From the NCBI GenBank assembly GCA_016180845.1, contig JACPAK010000001.1, forward strand, positions 425,497 to 489,496: DNA of 64,000 bases. Direction: 5' to 3'. The notes below the pieces were generated by a model. It ran no database searches, was not told the DNA's origin, and saw only the letters and a program-made list of their open reading frames with translations. This DNA comes from Deltaproteobacteria bacterium. Its GTDB lineage: Bacteria; UBA10199; JACPAL01. The translations under genes and the position numbers were made by a program. Shown piece after piece: positions 32,447 through 41,115 of the stretch (the first letter of the stretch is position 1; every line of letters begins with the position of its first letter).

Positions 32447-32575
32447 GGAATCAGATGGGGTTCGAACAAGGGGAGAGCGGTATCTCCCCTTGTTTCAAGC
32501 GAGGATCCCCGCTGTTCCCAAAGCGGGGTCCGAGCGAATTGACGGGAAGGAATTGCCGGGATTGAAGGCGTTGGA
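32405..32575. repeat. 139-bp duplication-insertion between pgk and tpiA
   Basis: Perfect 32-nt direct repeats lie at 32405-32436 and 32544-32575. The first copy encodes the pgk 3' end. The 107-nt unique insert holds hairpins at 32467-32492 and 32507-32528. Confidence 0.85.
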
Positions 32576-32584
32576 GATTTTATA

Positions 32585-33337
32585 ATGCAAACCCTTGCTG
32601 TTGCTAATTGGAAGATGAACGGGACGATTGAGGAAAGTCTCAAACTCGTTACTGAGTTAAAGAACAAAATCGAGGACTTCAGCCTTGTGGAAATCGCCGT
32701 CGCCCCTCCCTTTACGGCGTTGTATTCCGTGCAGGTCGTTCTTCAAGACACTCCGTTTAAATTAGCCGCCCAAAATATGCATTGGGAGTCAGAGGGGGCC
32801 TATACAGGCGAGATTTCACCTGCGTTTCTGAAAGATGTGGGGTGTGCCTATGTGATTATCGGTCACTCCGAAAGGCGTCGTTACTTCGGTGAAACAGACG
32901 AGACGGTTAATCGAAAGATTCAAGAAGCGATTGCGTCGGAACTGATCCCGATCTTTTGTATTGGCGAGACGGCGGAGGAACGACGTTCTGGGAAAATGGA
33001 GATGGTCCTGGAACGACAAATCAAAAAGGGACTTCGGGAGCTCCACATGCCAGATCTGAAGGATCTCGTCATTGCCTATGAACCGGTTTGGGCGATCGGG
33101 ACAGGGGAAACAGCGACGACAGCCCAAATCGAGCAAGCTCATCAGTTCGTTCGGGATTTGTTGGCAAAAGGGTACGATGCCCCGACAGCGAATGGTGTCC
33201 GCCTCCTCTACGGAGGAAGTGTCACGCCGGAGAATTCAAAGACTATTTTCCAGGTAAAAAATGTCGATGGGGTCCTCGTAGGGAGTGCTTCCCTTTCAGC
33301 CGAAAAATTTGTAAAGATTGTCCGTTCAAAAGAATAA
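32585..33337 (+). CDS. tpiA: triosephosphate isomerase
   Basis: ANWKMN, IGHSERR and AYEPVWAIGTG motifs. Confidence 0.95.
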   Translation: MQTLAVANWKMNGTIEESLKLVTELKNKIEDFSLVEIAVAPPFTALYSVQVVLQDTPFKLAAQNMHWESEGAYTGEISPAFLKDVGCAYVIIGHSERRRYFGETDETVNRKIQEAIASELIPIFCIGETAEERRSGKMEMVLERQIKKGLRELHMPDLKDLVIAYEPVWAIGTGETATTAQIEQAHQFVRDLLAKGYDAPTANGVRLLYGGSVTPENSKTIFQVKNVDGVLVGSASLSAEKFVKIVRSKE

Positions 33338-33346
33338 GGAGACTTC

Positions 33347-33667
33347 ATGCAAACAATTCTTTCCATCTTGCACTACTTCCTCTGTTTTTTTCTTATTGGG
33401 ACCATTCTGCTTCAGGCAGGAAAAGGGGCCGATATCGGTGCTGCCTTTGGTGCGGGGGGATCGCAAACCGTTTTTGGTCCTCGCGGTGCCGCAACTTTTT
33501 TGAGCAAGATCACAACCGCTATTGCGATCCTTTTCTTGCTGACCTCAATAGGCCTCTCAAAACTTTCACGACAGGGCTCTGACCGAAGTGTGTTGGAGAA
33601 GGTGCCGATTCAGCAGGGAACAACTCCCCAGGAAACTCCCCCAATCGAATCTGAGCAAAAGAAATAG
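33347..33667 (+). CDS. secG: preprotein translocase subunit SecG
   Basis: Two TM helices with LLQ.GKG.D.G..FG.GGSQT.FG. Confidence 0.85.
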   Translation: MQTILSILHYFLCFFLIGTILLQAGKGADIGAAFGAGGSQTVFGPRGAATFLSKITTAIAILFLLTSIGLSKLSRQGSDRSVLEKVPIQQGTTPQETPPIESEQKK

Positions 33668-33672
33668 ATTTG

Positions 33673-33753
33673 TGCCGGGAGGGGGACTCGAACCCCCACG
33701 GGTTTCCCCATACGCCCCTTAAACGTACGTGTCTGCCATTCCACCATCCCGGC
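33673..33753 (-). tRNA. tRNA-Leu, apparent anticodon AAG (type II, long variable arm)
   Basis: Hand-folded 81-nt cloverleaf: acceptor GCCGGGA/TCCCGGC; 3-bp D stem; anticodon stem TACGT/GCGTA; loop TTAAGGG; variable arm TGGGGAAACCCGT; T arm GGGGG-TTCGAGT-CCCCC; discriminator A. CCA is not encoded. Confidence 0.85.
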
Positions 33754-33852
33754 AAATAAACCTGCCCTCCCTTAAATCATTGAGGTCGTTAAGGCAAGCA
33801 GGTTCATCATCCACTTGCCATTTGAGGAGCCGTTCTATAAGAAAGAGTTCCG

Positions 33853-34134
33853 ATGAAGCTCTTCCTCATTCACTGCGGATTTTATGATCAGGGTCTTGCC
33901 GAGGCCTCACCGAATATCTTCGAGGGGCATCACAATTTTTATGTAATTGCCACCGATCGTCACGAGGCAAAACAAAAGGCAAAAGAAAAAACTCTCTTCA
34001 AGGAAAAAAAGATGCATATCGACGGGATCCACGAGATCGATCAGGTCGATGGCTACAGGATCATTTTAGAAAAGGTCGCCTCATCGGGTCACGAAATCAA
34101 GGTGACTGATTATGACGAAGTGCAGACGATCTAG
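33853..34134 (+). CDS. hypothetical protein (93 aa; possibly DUF1543-like)
   Basis: ORF with ATG start. The pattern HCGFYD...HHNFYVIA...HIDG..EI resembles DUF1543 from memory only. Confidence 0.4.
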   Translation: MKLFLIHCGFYDQGLAEASPNIFEGHHNFYVIATDRHEAKQKAKEKTLFKEKKMHIDGIHEIDQVDGYRIILEKVASSGHEIKVTDYDEVQTI

Positions 34135-34136
34135 TC

Positions 34137-35411
34137 GTGTCTCTCCAGAAAATCCCTCTCTACTGGGAAGAGATCCTTAAACGGTACGTAAAAAAAACTT
34201 TTTACGCCGACACGCGCAAAAAAAGCTTTGCCGACCGTGAGGGATTTACCGAGGGGGACTACCGCTTCTTTGCCAGAGGGGTCCGACGTCTCAACGAATT
34301 CTTCACGACTGAGCGCGGTGAGCTCCCAAGAAATTATTTTAATCAAAAGGACCTCCGATCGGGCTACCTGCTTTATTTTCTTCCGGTGAACGCGTTGAAG
34401 GTTGCGGCGTTGCTAAAAATCCCCCCTTGCCCCCCTTTGTCAAAGGGGGGTGGGGGGGATTTAACCATCCTCGACATCGGCAGTGGCCCGGGAACCGGGA
34501 TGTTTGGGGTGATGTTGTGGTTAGAAAATTGGTTGAAGAATTTAGGGGCGTATCGCCATACGCCCCTACAGATTCGTTGGATCCTCATTGACCAAAATCG
34601 TGAGGCGTTGAGAGACGCCCAAAATCTCCATGAAGAAATCCTCAATCATTTGAAAAGAACAGGATTGCCAATCGAATCTCATCTCGAGATAAAGGTTGGT
34701 GACATCACCCATTTTTCAAAATCACTCGGTTCCGTACAGGCAGACCTTATCCTCTCTTTGAATGCCTTGAGTGAGATCCCAAAACCGAGACGGTTGTCGC
34801 TCGTGGAAAACCTCCTGGGGCGGCATCTTAAATCAGAGGGGAAACTTCTCATCATGGAACCGGCTTTGAGACTCACAACCCGTGATCTTATGGAACTTCA
34901 TGATGAAATCCTCCATCGAAAAAGTGGATTCGTCTATGCCCCTTGCCTCCATCAGTCATCTTGTCCCATGCTGAAGGTCAATGATCGAGATTGGTGCCAC
35001 ACCTATATTGAATGGGAACGACCCGAATGGATCCAGAGGCTCGATCACCTCGTCGGTATTCGAAAGGATTATTTGAAGTGCTCGTACCTGCTGTTGGGCA
35101 AGGAGGATACGAGCGAGCGTCGGATTCACTCCGCGCGAGCGAGTCAGGACGGGGGGTTCGGGGGGGAAGTCCGCGAAGCGGCCCCCCGAAATAATACCTG
35201 GCGTGTCGTCTCAGGTCATCTCAACTCAAATGGAAAGTCTGAACTCCTTCTTTGTGGGCCCGGAGGTCTTCCCGATCTTCTGCGCACGACACGACTGGAT
35301 CGCGATCGCAGCGAGGCAAATCAGGTATTTGATCAGACGCAAAGGGGAGAGATCATTGAAATGGATCGGACCACGAGGATCGGCAAAGAGACAGTGATTA
35401 AAAAAATCTAA
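34137..35411 (+). CDS. Rsm22-like SAM-dependent methyltransferase
   Basis: SAM motif LDIGSGPGTG and the C-terminal Cys motif C.H...CP......DWCH typical of Rsm22-family proteins. GTG start. Confidence 0.65.
   Translation: MSLQKIPLYWEEILKRYVKKTFYADTRKKSFADREGFTEGDYRFFARGVRRLNEFFTTERGELPRNYFNQKDLRSGYLLYFLPVNALKVAALLKIPPCPPLSKGGGGDLTILDIGSGPGTGMFGVMLWLENWLKNLGAYRHTPLQIRWILIDQNREALRDAQNLHEEILNHLKRTGLPIESHLEIKVGDITHFSKSLGSVQADLILSLNALSEIPKPRRLSLVENLLGRHLKSEGKLLIMEPALRLTTRDLMELHDEILHRKSGFVYAPCLHQSSCPMLKVNDRDWCHTYIEWERPEWIQRLDHLVGIRKDYLKCSYLLLGKEDTSERRIHSARASQDGGFGGEVREAAPRNNTWRVVSGHLNSNGKSELLLCGPGGLPDLLRTTRLDRDRSEANQVFDQTQRGEIIEMDRTTRIGKETVIKKI
34415..34463. repeat. nested palindromic element (family B) inside the CDS
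   Basis: AAATCCCCCC (34417-34426) and GGGGGGATTT (34453-34462) flank CCCCCCTTTGTCAAAGGGGGG (34430-34450). Translated in frame as LKIPPCPPLSKGGGGDL. Confidence 0.8.
34543..34568. repeat. palindromic element (family A) inside the CDS
   Basis: TAGGGGCGTAT-CGCC-ATACGCCCCTA with 11-bp arms. Translated as GAYRHTPL. A near-identical element lies at 43351-43378. Confidence 0.8.
35157..35190. repeat. GC-rich inverted repeat inside the CDS
   Basis: TTCGGGGGG (35157-35165) and CCCCCCGAA (35182-35190) separated by a 16-nt spacer. Translated as GFGGEVREAAPR. Confidence 0.6.
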
Positions 35412-36319
35412 ACATGAAGCCTCAAGTGGTCGACCAATCTCTTCATATCCCTGGGCGGTTTCGAATTAAACTCTAACTTCTCGCCATTCATCGGATGATG
35501 AAAACTCAAGTAACAGGCATGGAGTGCTTGGCGGGGGAAGGGGACTGCTGAGTTCCCATAAACACGATCACCCAAAACCGGATGACCGATCTCGGCGAGA
35601 TGAACCCGGATCTGATGCGTGCGACCTGTGTTGAGATTGATTTCTAAAAGAGAGGCGTTCGGATATCGCTCAAGAAGACGCCAGTGGGTGACTGCGTATT
35701 GACCTGAGGCGCGTGTCGAGCCCTGAACCTTCTGCCCCCCTTTTAAAAGGGGATTTTTTTTCAGAAACCCTTCGATCTTCCCTGATTCCTTATCCACCGC
35801 ACCGGAAACAACAGCCAGATACCGTCGACCGATGGTATGACGCCGAAATTGTTGGGTAAGACGATTTGCCTCCCGCTTTTTTGTATAAACCATGAGCCCT
35901 GAGGTATCCCGATCGAGTCGGTGGACAAGACCCAGATAGTGTCCTTTCAAATGGGGAGAGCGTCTTTTGAAATAGGCATTGATAATCTCAACAAGTGTCG
36001 GTTTTGTTGCGAGGGGGGAAGGCTCACACAGGATGCCGGGGGCCTTATCCACCACCAAAATATCGGGATCTTCATAAACAACCTTGAGGAAATGTTCGCT
36101 GGCAGCGGGATTTCTCTCCCATGGAGTTTCCTGAATCTCAATGGAGGTCTCAGGGGTTATCGCCCAGGAGGCGATGACGACCTTGCGACCATTGATATAG
36201 ACCCTCCCCTGATCCAGCAGTGACTTGACCTTCTTGCGCGAAAGACCGGTCTTTTTCTGGAGATACCGATCCAGTCTTTCCCCCTTCTCCTTATTTGTAA
36301 CCTTGAATATTTTTGGCAT
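35408..36319 (-). CDS. RluA/RluD-family pseudouridine synthase
   Basis: N-terminal S4 domain (RLDRYL...SR..V..L...G.V.INGR) and catalytic HRLDRDTSGLMV. ATG 36319; the track ORF extends to GTG 36367. Confidence 0.85.
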   Translation of the reverse strand: MPKIFKVTNKEKGERLDRYLQKKTGLSRKKVKSLLDQGRVYINGRKVVIASWAITPETSIEIQETPWERNPAASEHFLKVVYEDPDILVVDKAPGILCEPSPLATKPTLVEIINAYFKRRSPHLKGHYLGLVHRLDRDTSGLMVYTKKREANRLTQQFRRHTIGRRYLAVVSGAVDKESGKIEGFLKKNPLLKGGQKVQGSTRASGQYAVTHWRLLERYPNASLLEINLNTGRTHQIRVHLAEIGHPVLGDRVYGNSAVPFPRQALHACYLSFHHPMNGEKLEFNSKPPRDMKRLVDHLRLHV

Positions 36320-36371
36320 CTCTAAAAAGCCTTCTTTACAAGCAAAATCTTCGATGATACTAACCACATCA

Positions 36372-36851
36372 ATGGGGAAATTCCTCCTAAATAATATTCA
36401 ATGTGAAATCCCACCGAGCTGGCAAGACCAAGGGATGGTCACGTTTACGATCCCTTCGCCGGATAAGAACGTCAAACCGAACATTATCATGACGAAGGAG
36501 TATCTCCCTCAGCCGATTGCCCTCAAGGAATATTTTGCAAAGATCAAGGAATCGATCGTGAAGAGGGGGATTCGGGACTTCAAGATTTCCGACGAGAGGG
36601 AGATCATCATTGCCGGGAATAAGGCGATGCAGATGGTCTGTACCTGGGATGTCTCTGCGATGAAACAGATGCTTGGCGGTGGTGGTGGCCCTGTCCCTGA
36701 TATCAAGCCGGGTCAGATGGTAAAGCAGGTCCAGGTCACCCTTTTGAAAGGGAACCTCGCCATCAACCTGACTGGAAGCTTCCCCGCGGAGCAGTTTGAT
36801 ATCTACTATCGTCCATTTCAGCAGTTTCTTGCCACCATTCAGATTAGTTAA
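36372..36851 (+). CDS. hypothetical protein (possibly DUF1795/DcrB-like)
   Basis: 159 aa from ATG 36372 (alternative start 36354). First gene of a same-strand cluster. The family guess is weak. Confidence 0.4.
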   Translation: MGKFLLNNIQCEIPPSWQDQGMVTFTIPSPDKNVKPNIIMTKEYLPQPIALKEYFAKIKESIVKRGIRDFKISDEREIIIAGNKAMQMVCTWDVSAMKQMLGGGGGPVPDIKPGQMVKQVQVTLLKGNLAINLTGSFPAEQFDIYYRPFQQFLATIQIS

Positions 36852-36899
36852 GCAACTTTCCACATTTCGTCTCCGATCTTCTGGGCAAGTGAGGGGGAG

Positions 36900-38162
36900 A
36901 TGCTTCCGATTGGAATAACACCGTTTCTGCTGAGGTCTTCTGTTTCGACACCTAATGAAATCAATATAACAAACGATCAGCCCCGAAGTCTTCTCTCGGA
37001 AGGTCCGAGAACCTGTTTGAGCGCCACTTTTAGACTGAGCGGTTTTTCGAAGGGAAGCCTTGGACCGGAGAAAAATCGTTCAATGGAGCCGCGCGAGTTT
37101 CGCAGGACCTGTAGAGAGGAGACGAGGGGCTGGTCGGAGCTTGGGGCCAGCATCGCACTCGGCCTCATCATCACTGATTCAACCAAAAGAAAGGCATCGA
37201 CCCTGCTGCTGGTAGGACTTGGGATCGGGGTTGTCGCAGGAGCTCTCTTATTACATCGAAATATTTCGACGGCCCTCCATGAGATCCCCTCAAGTCAATC
37301 AGAGAATAGGCCACACAAAACGTCCTTTTCCAGGAGACCAATCCCTTCGAACAACTCAGAGACTTTAACGTTGTCCAAAAAGGAAAGGGCGAAGAGGGTC
37401 ATTATTTGCTCAACGAATTTTCAAAAAGGAACCTTCGTTGTCTCTTATCAAGGGGAAACACCCTTTGAGGTGTCGTCTAAGGGAATGACCTGGACACCGA
37501 TGACCCTTCGAGACTGGGAAGAGATTTTCGGTCCTCTGAAGCCCCCTTCCGGCGAGATCGCCCGACATGTCAAGCTGACCTTTGGCAATAGGAGATACTA
37601 TTCCTATGTTGGAGATGATGGGAGCACCCTGGAAAACCTGAATGGGATCTCATGCCCATTTGAAAATTGGATTTTGGAGACTGATCTGGAAGATGATTTG
37701 GAAGAGAGCCCCTCAGATCTTCTTGTTGTCCAAGACTACGAAAAATTGAGAGAGCTTCTTGAAAAAAAGGGAAGTATCCATGCGGAAGAGAGTCTTGACG
37801 AAGGGGAAAAGACGATCACTATTAATGCTGAACAAGAATGGTATTACGGGATGGTCGCGGATGATGACCCTCGAAGCGCTGTCAGTGCCGTGACTTACAA
37901 TTTTGATGAGGATGACAGATTGACCGGGATAGAGCTTTACATAGACAGCGCACGGCTGCTTGAATTCGTTAATGATTCGATCGATGACCCGATCGCCCAT
38001 CTGACGGTAGAGGATCTGGAGGGTTCAATCTCGGCAACTTGTTCAGGTTCCAGCAATGATTGTACGATTACAGGTCTTCCGGAAGGGAATGTCAGCGGTT
38101 TTTGGAGCCTTAAGGTTCGCGAGCTTGTTGAGCAGTATCTAACTATTGATGGGGTTTATTGA
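36900..38162 (+). CDS. hypothetical membrane-anchored protein (420 aa)
   Basis: ATG preceded by GAGGGGGAG. One TM helix (LLLVGLGIGVVAGALLL) and an acidic C-terminal domain. Confidence 0.45.
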   Translation: MLPIGITPFLLRSSVSTPNEINITNDQPRSLLSEGPRTCLSATFRLSGFSKGSLGPEKNRSMEPREFRRTCREETRGWSELGASIALGLIITDSTKRKASTLLLVGLGIGVVAGALLLHRNISTALHEIPSSQSENRPHKTSFSRRPIPSNNSETLTLSKKERAKRVIICSTNFQKGTFVVSYQGETPFEVSSKGMTWTPMTLRDWEEIFGPLKPPSGEIARHVKLTFGNRRYYSYVGDDGSTLENLNGISCPFENWILETDLEDDLEESPSDLLVVQDYEKLRELLEKKGSIHAEESLDEGEKTITINAEQEWYYGMVADDDPRSAVSAVTYNFDEDDRLTGIELYIDSARLLEFVNDSIDDPIAHLTVEDLEGSISATCSGSSNDCTITGLPEGNVSGFWSLKVRELVEQYLTIDGVY

Positions 38163-38636
38163 ATGAAACCAAATCTAAAATGGCTCTCCGAAATGACCGC
38201 CTTCGGGGGCCTGACACCTGAGGGCCTCAAGGTTGTCTCCAGATACCTGACCCCCTCAAACCATCCCGCAAACAAGATCCTCGTGAAAGAGGGGGAGATC
38301 GACGATCGCCTTTATCTGATTCAAAAGGGGAAGATGGAGATCCTCAAAAAAACCGATGGACATTCAAGGCGCCTCACGATCCTAGTGGCAGGATCGATGT
38401 TTGGGGAGATGTCACTCATCGGGATCTTTCCCCGATCTGCGACGGTAAGGACGCTTACCTCCTGCCGGACCCTTACACTCCGGAGCTCTGACCTTCAGAA
38501 AGTTTATTTAGAAGATAAGGATACCTACATCATGATCATCCTGAATCTCGCCCGAGAGGTCTGTCGTCGACTTAACAAAATGAATCAACTCATCGTTGAA
38601 TTTGGCACAACCTTCCCTCGACATCATCGAGGATAA
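38163..38636 (+). CDS. cyclic-nucleotide-binding domain protein
   Basis: cNMP-binding beta-roll motif FGEMSLIG....RSATVRT. Its start abuts the previous stop. Confidence 0.75.
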   Translation: MKPNLKWLSEMTAFGGLTPEGLKVVSRYLTPSNHPANKILVKEGEIDDRLYLIQKGKMEILKKTDGHSRRLTILVAGSMFGEMSLIGIFPRSATVRTLTSCRTLTLRSSDLQKVYLEDKDTYIMIILNLAREVCRRLNKMNQLIVEFGTTFPRHHRG

Positions 38637-38640
38637 GCTC

Positions 38641-39429
38641 ATGAAAGTAATATGGGGAGCGGTCTTTGCAGGACTTACCACCTCCTGCATTGTTAAAGAG
38701 GCATTGGATGACGGGGAGTCTCAGGTCTCACCAGAGGGGGAGTTAGACTGCCATGAACCAAACGTTTTTTCAAATTTTAACCTCCCTGCAGAAACAATCT
38801 ATTTTCCTGTCGTCTTTCAAAGGGTGACGCGGTCCGATGGAACTGGCGGTTATTCCGCGACAGATTTTCTCGAAAATCTGTCGGGTTTGAATCAGACCTT
38901 TAAGCCAATGCGGATCCAGTTTTTCCTCGAAGAGACGGTGAATCTACCAGATGATTCAATATACGAAATTGATCTTGATGAGGGACGAGAAGAGAGTCTT
39001 GAGAGAATCCGTTCCTATTTCATCGATGGTGCCTTGAGTCTCTTCATTGTCGATCAAATCACAGGGCCCGCTCTCGCTTACACGCTCGGCCACTACGGAT
39101 TTATTGCTGAGGAGAGTGCCAATTCTGTCACATGGACCCATGAAATCGGTCATTGTTTCGGACTTCTTCATACGCATATGCCTGGGGGAGATTTTATCCC
39201 GGATACCCCCGATGACCCTGGTCCCCTCTGGGTGAATGAGAATGGATGTGTGGCATCTGATAATTGTGAAACGGTTGAATGTTCTCCAGTAGAGGGTGAG
39301 ATCCCTCAACCTGATTTTCGGAATTTCATGAGTTACTACCCTGATATTTGCAAAGATCACTTCACACCAAACCAGCAACAGGTGATCTGGTGCTCTGCAG
39401 AGAATTCCCTCCAACGGTTTTTCGAATAA
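38641..39429 (+). CDS. lipoprotein zinc metalloprotease, M43 (pappalysin/ulilysin-like)
   Basis: Lipobox LTTSC. HEIGHCFGLLHTH...IPDTPDDP matches the M43 metzincin signature. ATG 38641. Confidence 0.75.
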   Translation: MKVIWGAVFAGLTTSCIVKEALDDGESQVSPEGELDCHEPNVFSNFNLPAETIYFPVVFQRVTRSDGTGGYSATDFLENLSGLNQTFKPMRIQFFLEETVNLPDDSIYEIDLDEGREESLERIRSYFIDGALSLFIVDQITGPALAYTLGHYGFIAEESANSVTWTHEIGHCFGLLHTHMPGGDFIPDTPDDPGPLWVNENGCVASDNCETVECSPVEGEIPQPDFRNFMSYYPDICKDHFTPNQQQVIWCSAENSLQRFFE

Positions 39430-39497
39430 TGACTCAATAATTTCCCGAATAGAACTTAACAACCTTTTCCAAAAAAGGCCGAGAACTGGGATGAAAA

Positions 39498-40061
39498 ATG
39501 AGCCGAATTGATCAAATCGATAGTGCCTTGAATCATCTTGGGGAAATCAAAAGGGTCGCGACGGCCTATGTGGTGCGGGCTGAGGTGGCAGCAAGAGAGT
39601 TCCGTGTTGCCTTTGAAGGGAACAAGAGATTCATGCCCCCTATTCACGATGGTGATATCGTTCCATGTTATGAGCAGGTTGGATTGATTGTCGAAAGATA
39701 TAAAGAATTAAAGGGACTGCTCTATGGGCGAGATCGGCATGCGGGTACCTTGGGCCTACAACTTCTTCGGCTCGATAGACTTGCATCAGCTGTTCATGCC
39801 GAGGATGTCCCAAACGTCGTCTATCACATACAACAAGAAATCGGCTGCATCCCCTCACGACAAGCTGTCGGAGAATGGGGAATGAGATTGGTTACCCATT
39901 CTGATGTTGTGAAGGACCAGATTCCTCTGGTGGATCGACTCCTGCTACATCTCTTGGAAAGAAGACGAGAGATCCGTTTCCAAAACAGGCTTTCAATTGG
40001 AATCGGGATTGTGGCTGTTGCCCTTTTCGGGGGGCTATACTCGGTAGCAACATATCAGTGA
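39498..40061 (+). CDS. hypothetical tail-anchored protein (187 aa)
   Basis: Soluble helical region followed by a single C-terminal TM helix (IGIGIVAVALFGGLYSV). Confidence 0.45.
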   Translation: MSRIDQIDSALNHLGEIKRVATAYVVRAEVAAREFRVAFEGNKRFMPPIHDGDIVPCYEQVGLIVERYKELKGLLYGRDRHAGTLGLQLLRLDRLASAVHAEDVPNVVYHIQQEIGCIPSRQAVGEWGMRLVTHSDVVKDQIPLVDRLLLHLLERRREIRFQNRLSIGIGIVAVALFGGLYSVATYQ

Positions 40062-40089
40062 TTCGGTCGAGAACTAAAACGGAGGTCGC

Positions 40090-40692
40090 ATGGGTCATAA
40101 CATTCAGACGAGACAGTTAGACTTTCAGACAATCCGGGAGGGTTTTCTATGTTTTCTTGGTGGTGCAGGGGCACTCGTTCTGAATGAGATATTTAATCCC
40201 AAGGCGAACTTCGGTGTCCTTTCTCGTCCTAAATCATTGAATTTTGGAGCCAATCGAATGACCGGTTTGGCAAATTTAGTGGGCAGTATCGGTTTTATTC
40301 TGGCTCCTATTTTGGCAGGAGGAGTTGCGGGGCTTTATAATGGTGATGCCACGGCACGACGTTACCCGGGGATGACTTACGAAGATCAAGAGGTTCGTGA
40401 TCTGCTTTGGGCAGATGTTCAAAGCGGTCTTCACCTGAATGGTTATCTGCATGCGTCGGGAGTACTTGTCGGTTTGTTGCTTGGACGCTTCACCCCGCGC
40501 TTCGGGATCTTTTACGGCGGTGCTGTTTTCCTTGGAATTGTTATGATGGCACTCCTGGAGCCACAGATTTTTTTGATACCGACTTCGCCAAAGAGGATTT
40601 CGGTTCAAGTTCAATGCTCTCAAGATGGCAGGTGTGTCATTCGAAATAGATCGGCAATCGAAAAGGAACTGAAACAACCTCTGCCGGAGTAG
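40090..40692 (+). CDS. hypothetical multi-pass membrane protein (200 aa)
   Basis: Several Gly-rich hydrophobic helices. I recognise no family. Confidence 0.45.
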   Translation: MGHNIQTRQLDFQTIREGFLCFLGGAGALVLNEIFNPKANFGVLSRPKSLNFGANRMTGLANLVGSIGFILAPILAGGVAGLYNGDATARRYPGMTYEDQEVRDLLWADVQSGLHLNGYLHASGVLVGLLLGRFTPRFGIFYGGAVFLGIVMMALLEPQIFLIPTSPKRISVQVQCSQDGRCVIRNRSAIEKELKQPLPE

Positions 40693-40694
40693 AC

Positions 40695-41081
40695 GTGGCA
40701 AACGTTCCACCAACAAAATCAGCAACCAGAGGATGCCCAGATCCTTCCTTATCAATCGATCAACCGGCTTGTTCTCCACCAGTCCCGACTAACCCCTATG
40801 AGGCGAGCTGCACCTCGATCCGACAAACCTCATTCTGGGGACCGATACAAACGTGTGCCCCTCTTTTCTCAGCGGTGAGCCTTATGACCTACGTCGCCAT
40901 GATCAAGGTCGTAACCCGGGCTGCAACTGATGAGCCTCCTGACCTACAACCATATCCAAGGCCATCGATTACGAAGAAAGGGCTACTCGTATGGGGACTT
41001 ATTGGCCTTGGCGCCGGCCTTTTAACGGGGCTCATCATTGATCTAACTTCTTACCAATTCCAGCAAGAACACTGCAGCTAG
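40695..41081 (+). CDS. hypothetical membrane protein (128 aa)
   Basis: GTG start 2 nt after the previous stop. Cys/Pro-rich N-terminal part and a C-terminal TM helix (LLVWGLIGLGAGLLTGLII). Confidence 0.4.
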   Translation: MANVPPTKSATRGCPDPSLSIDQPACSPPVPTNPYEASCTSIRQTSFWGPIQTCAPLFSAVSLMTYVAMIKVVTRAATDEPPDLQPYPRPSITKKGLLVWGLIGLGAGLLTGLIIDLTSYQFQQEHCS

Positions 41082-41115
41082 CAACTTAACCCCCCTTCCC
41101 GCCGATGATAAAGAC

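Noticed and set aside
36387-36863. 158-aa minus-strand ORF
   Set aside because: It is antisense to the plus-strand ORF 36372-36851 that begins the same-strand cluster, and it has no motifs.
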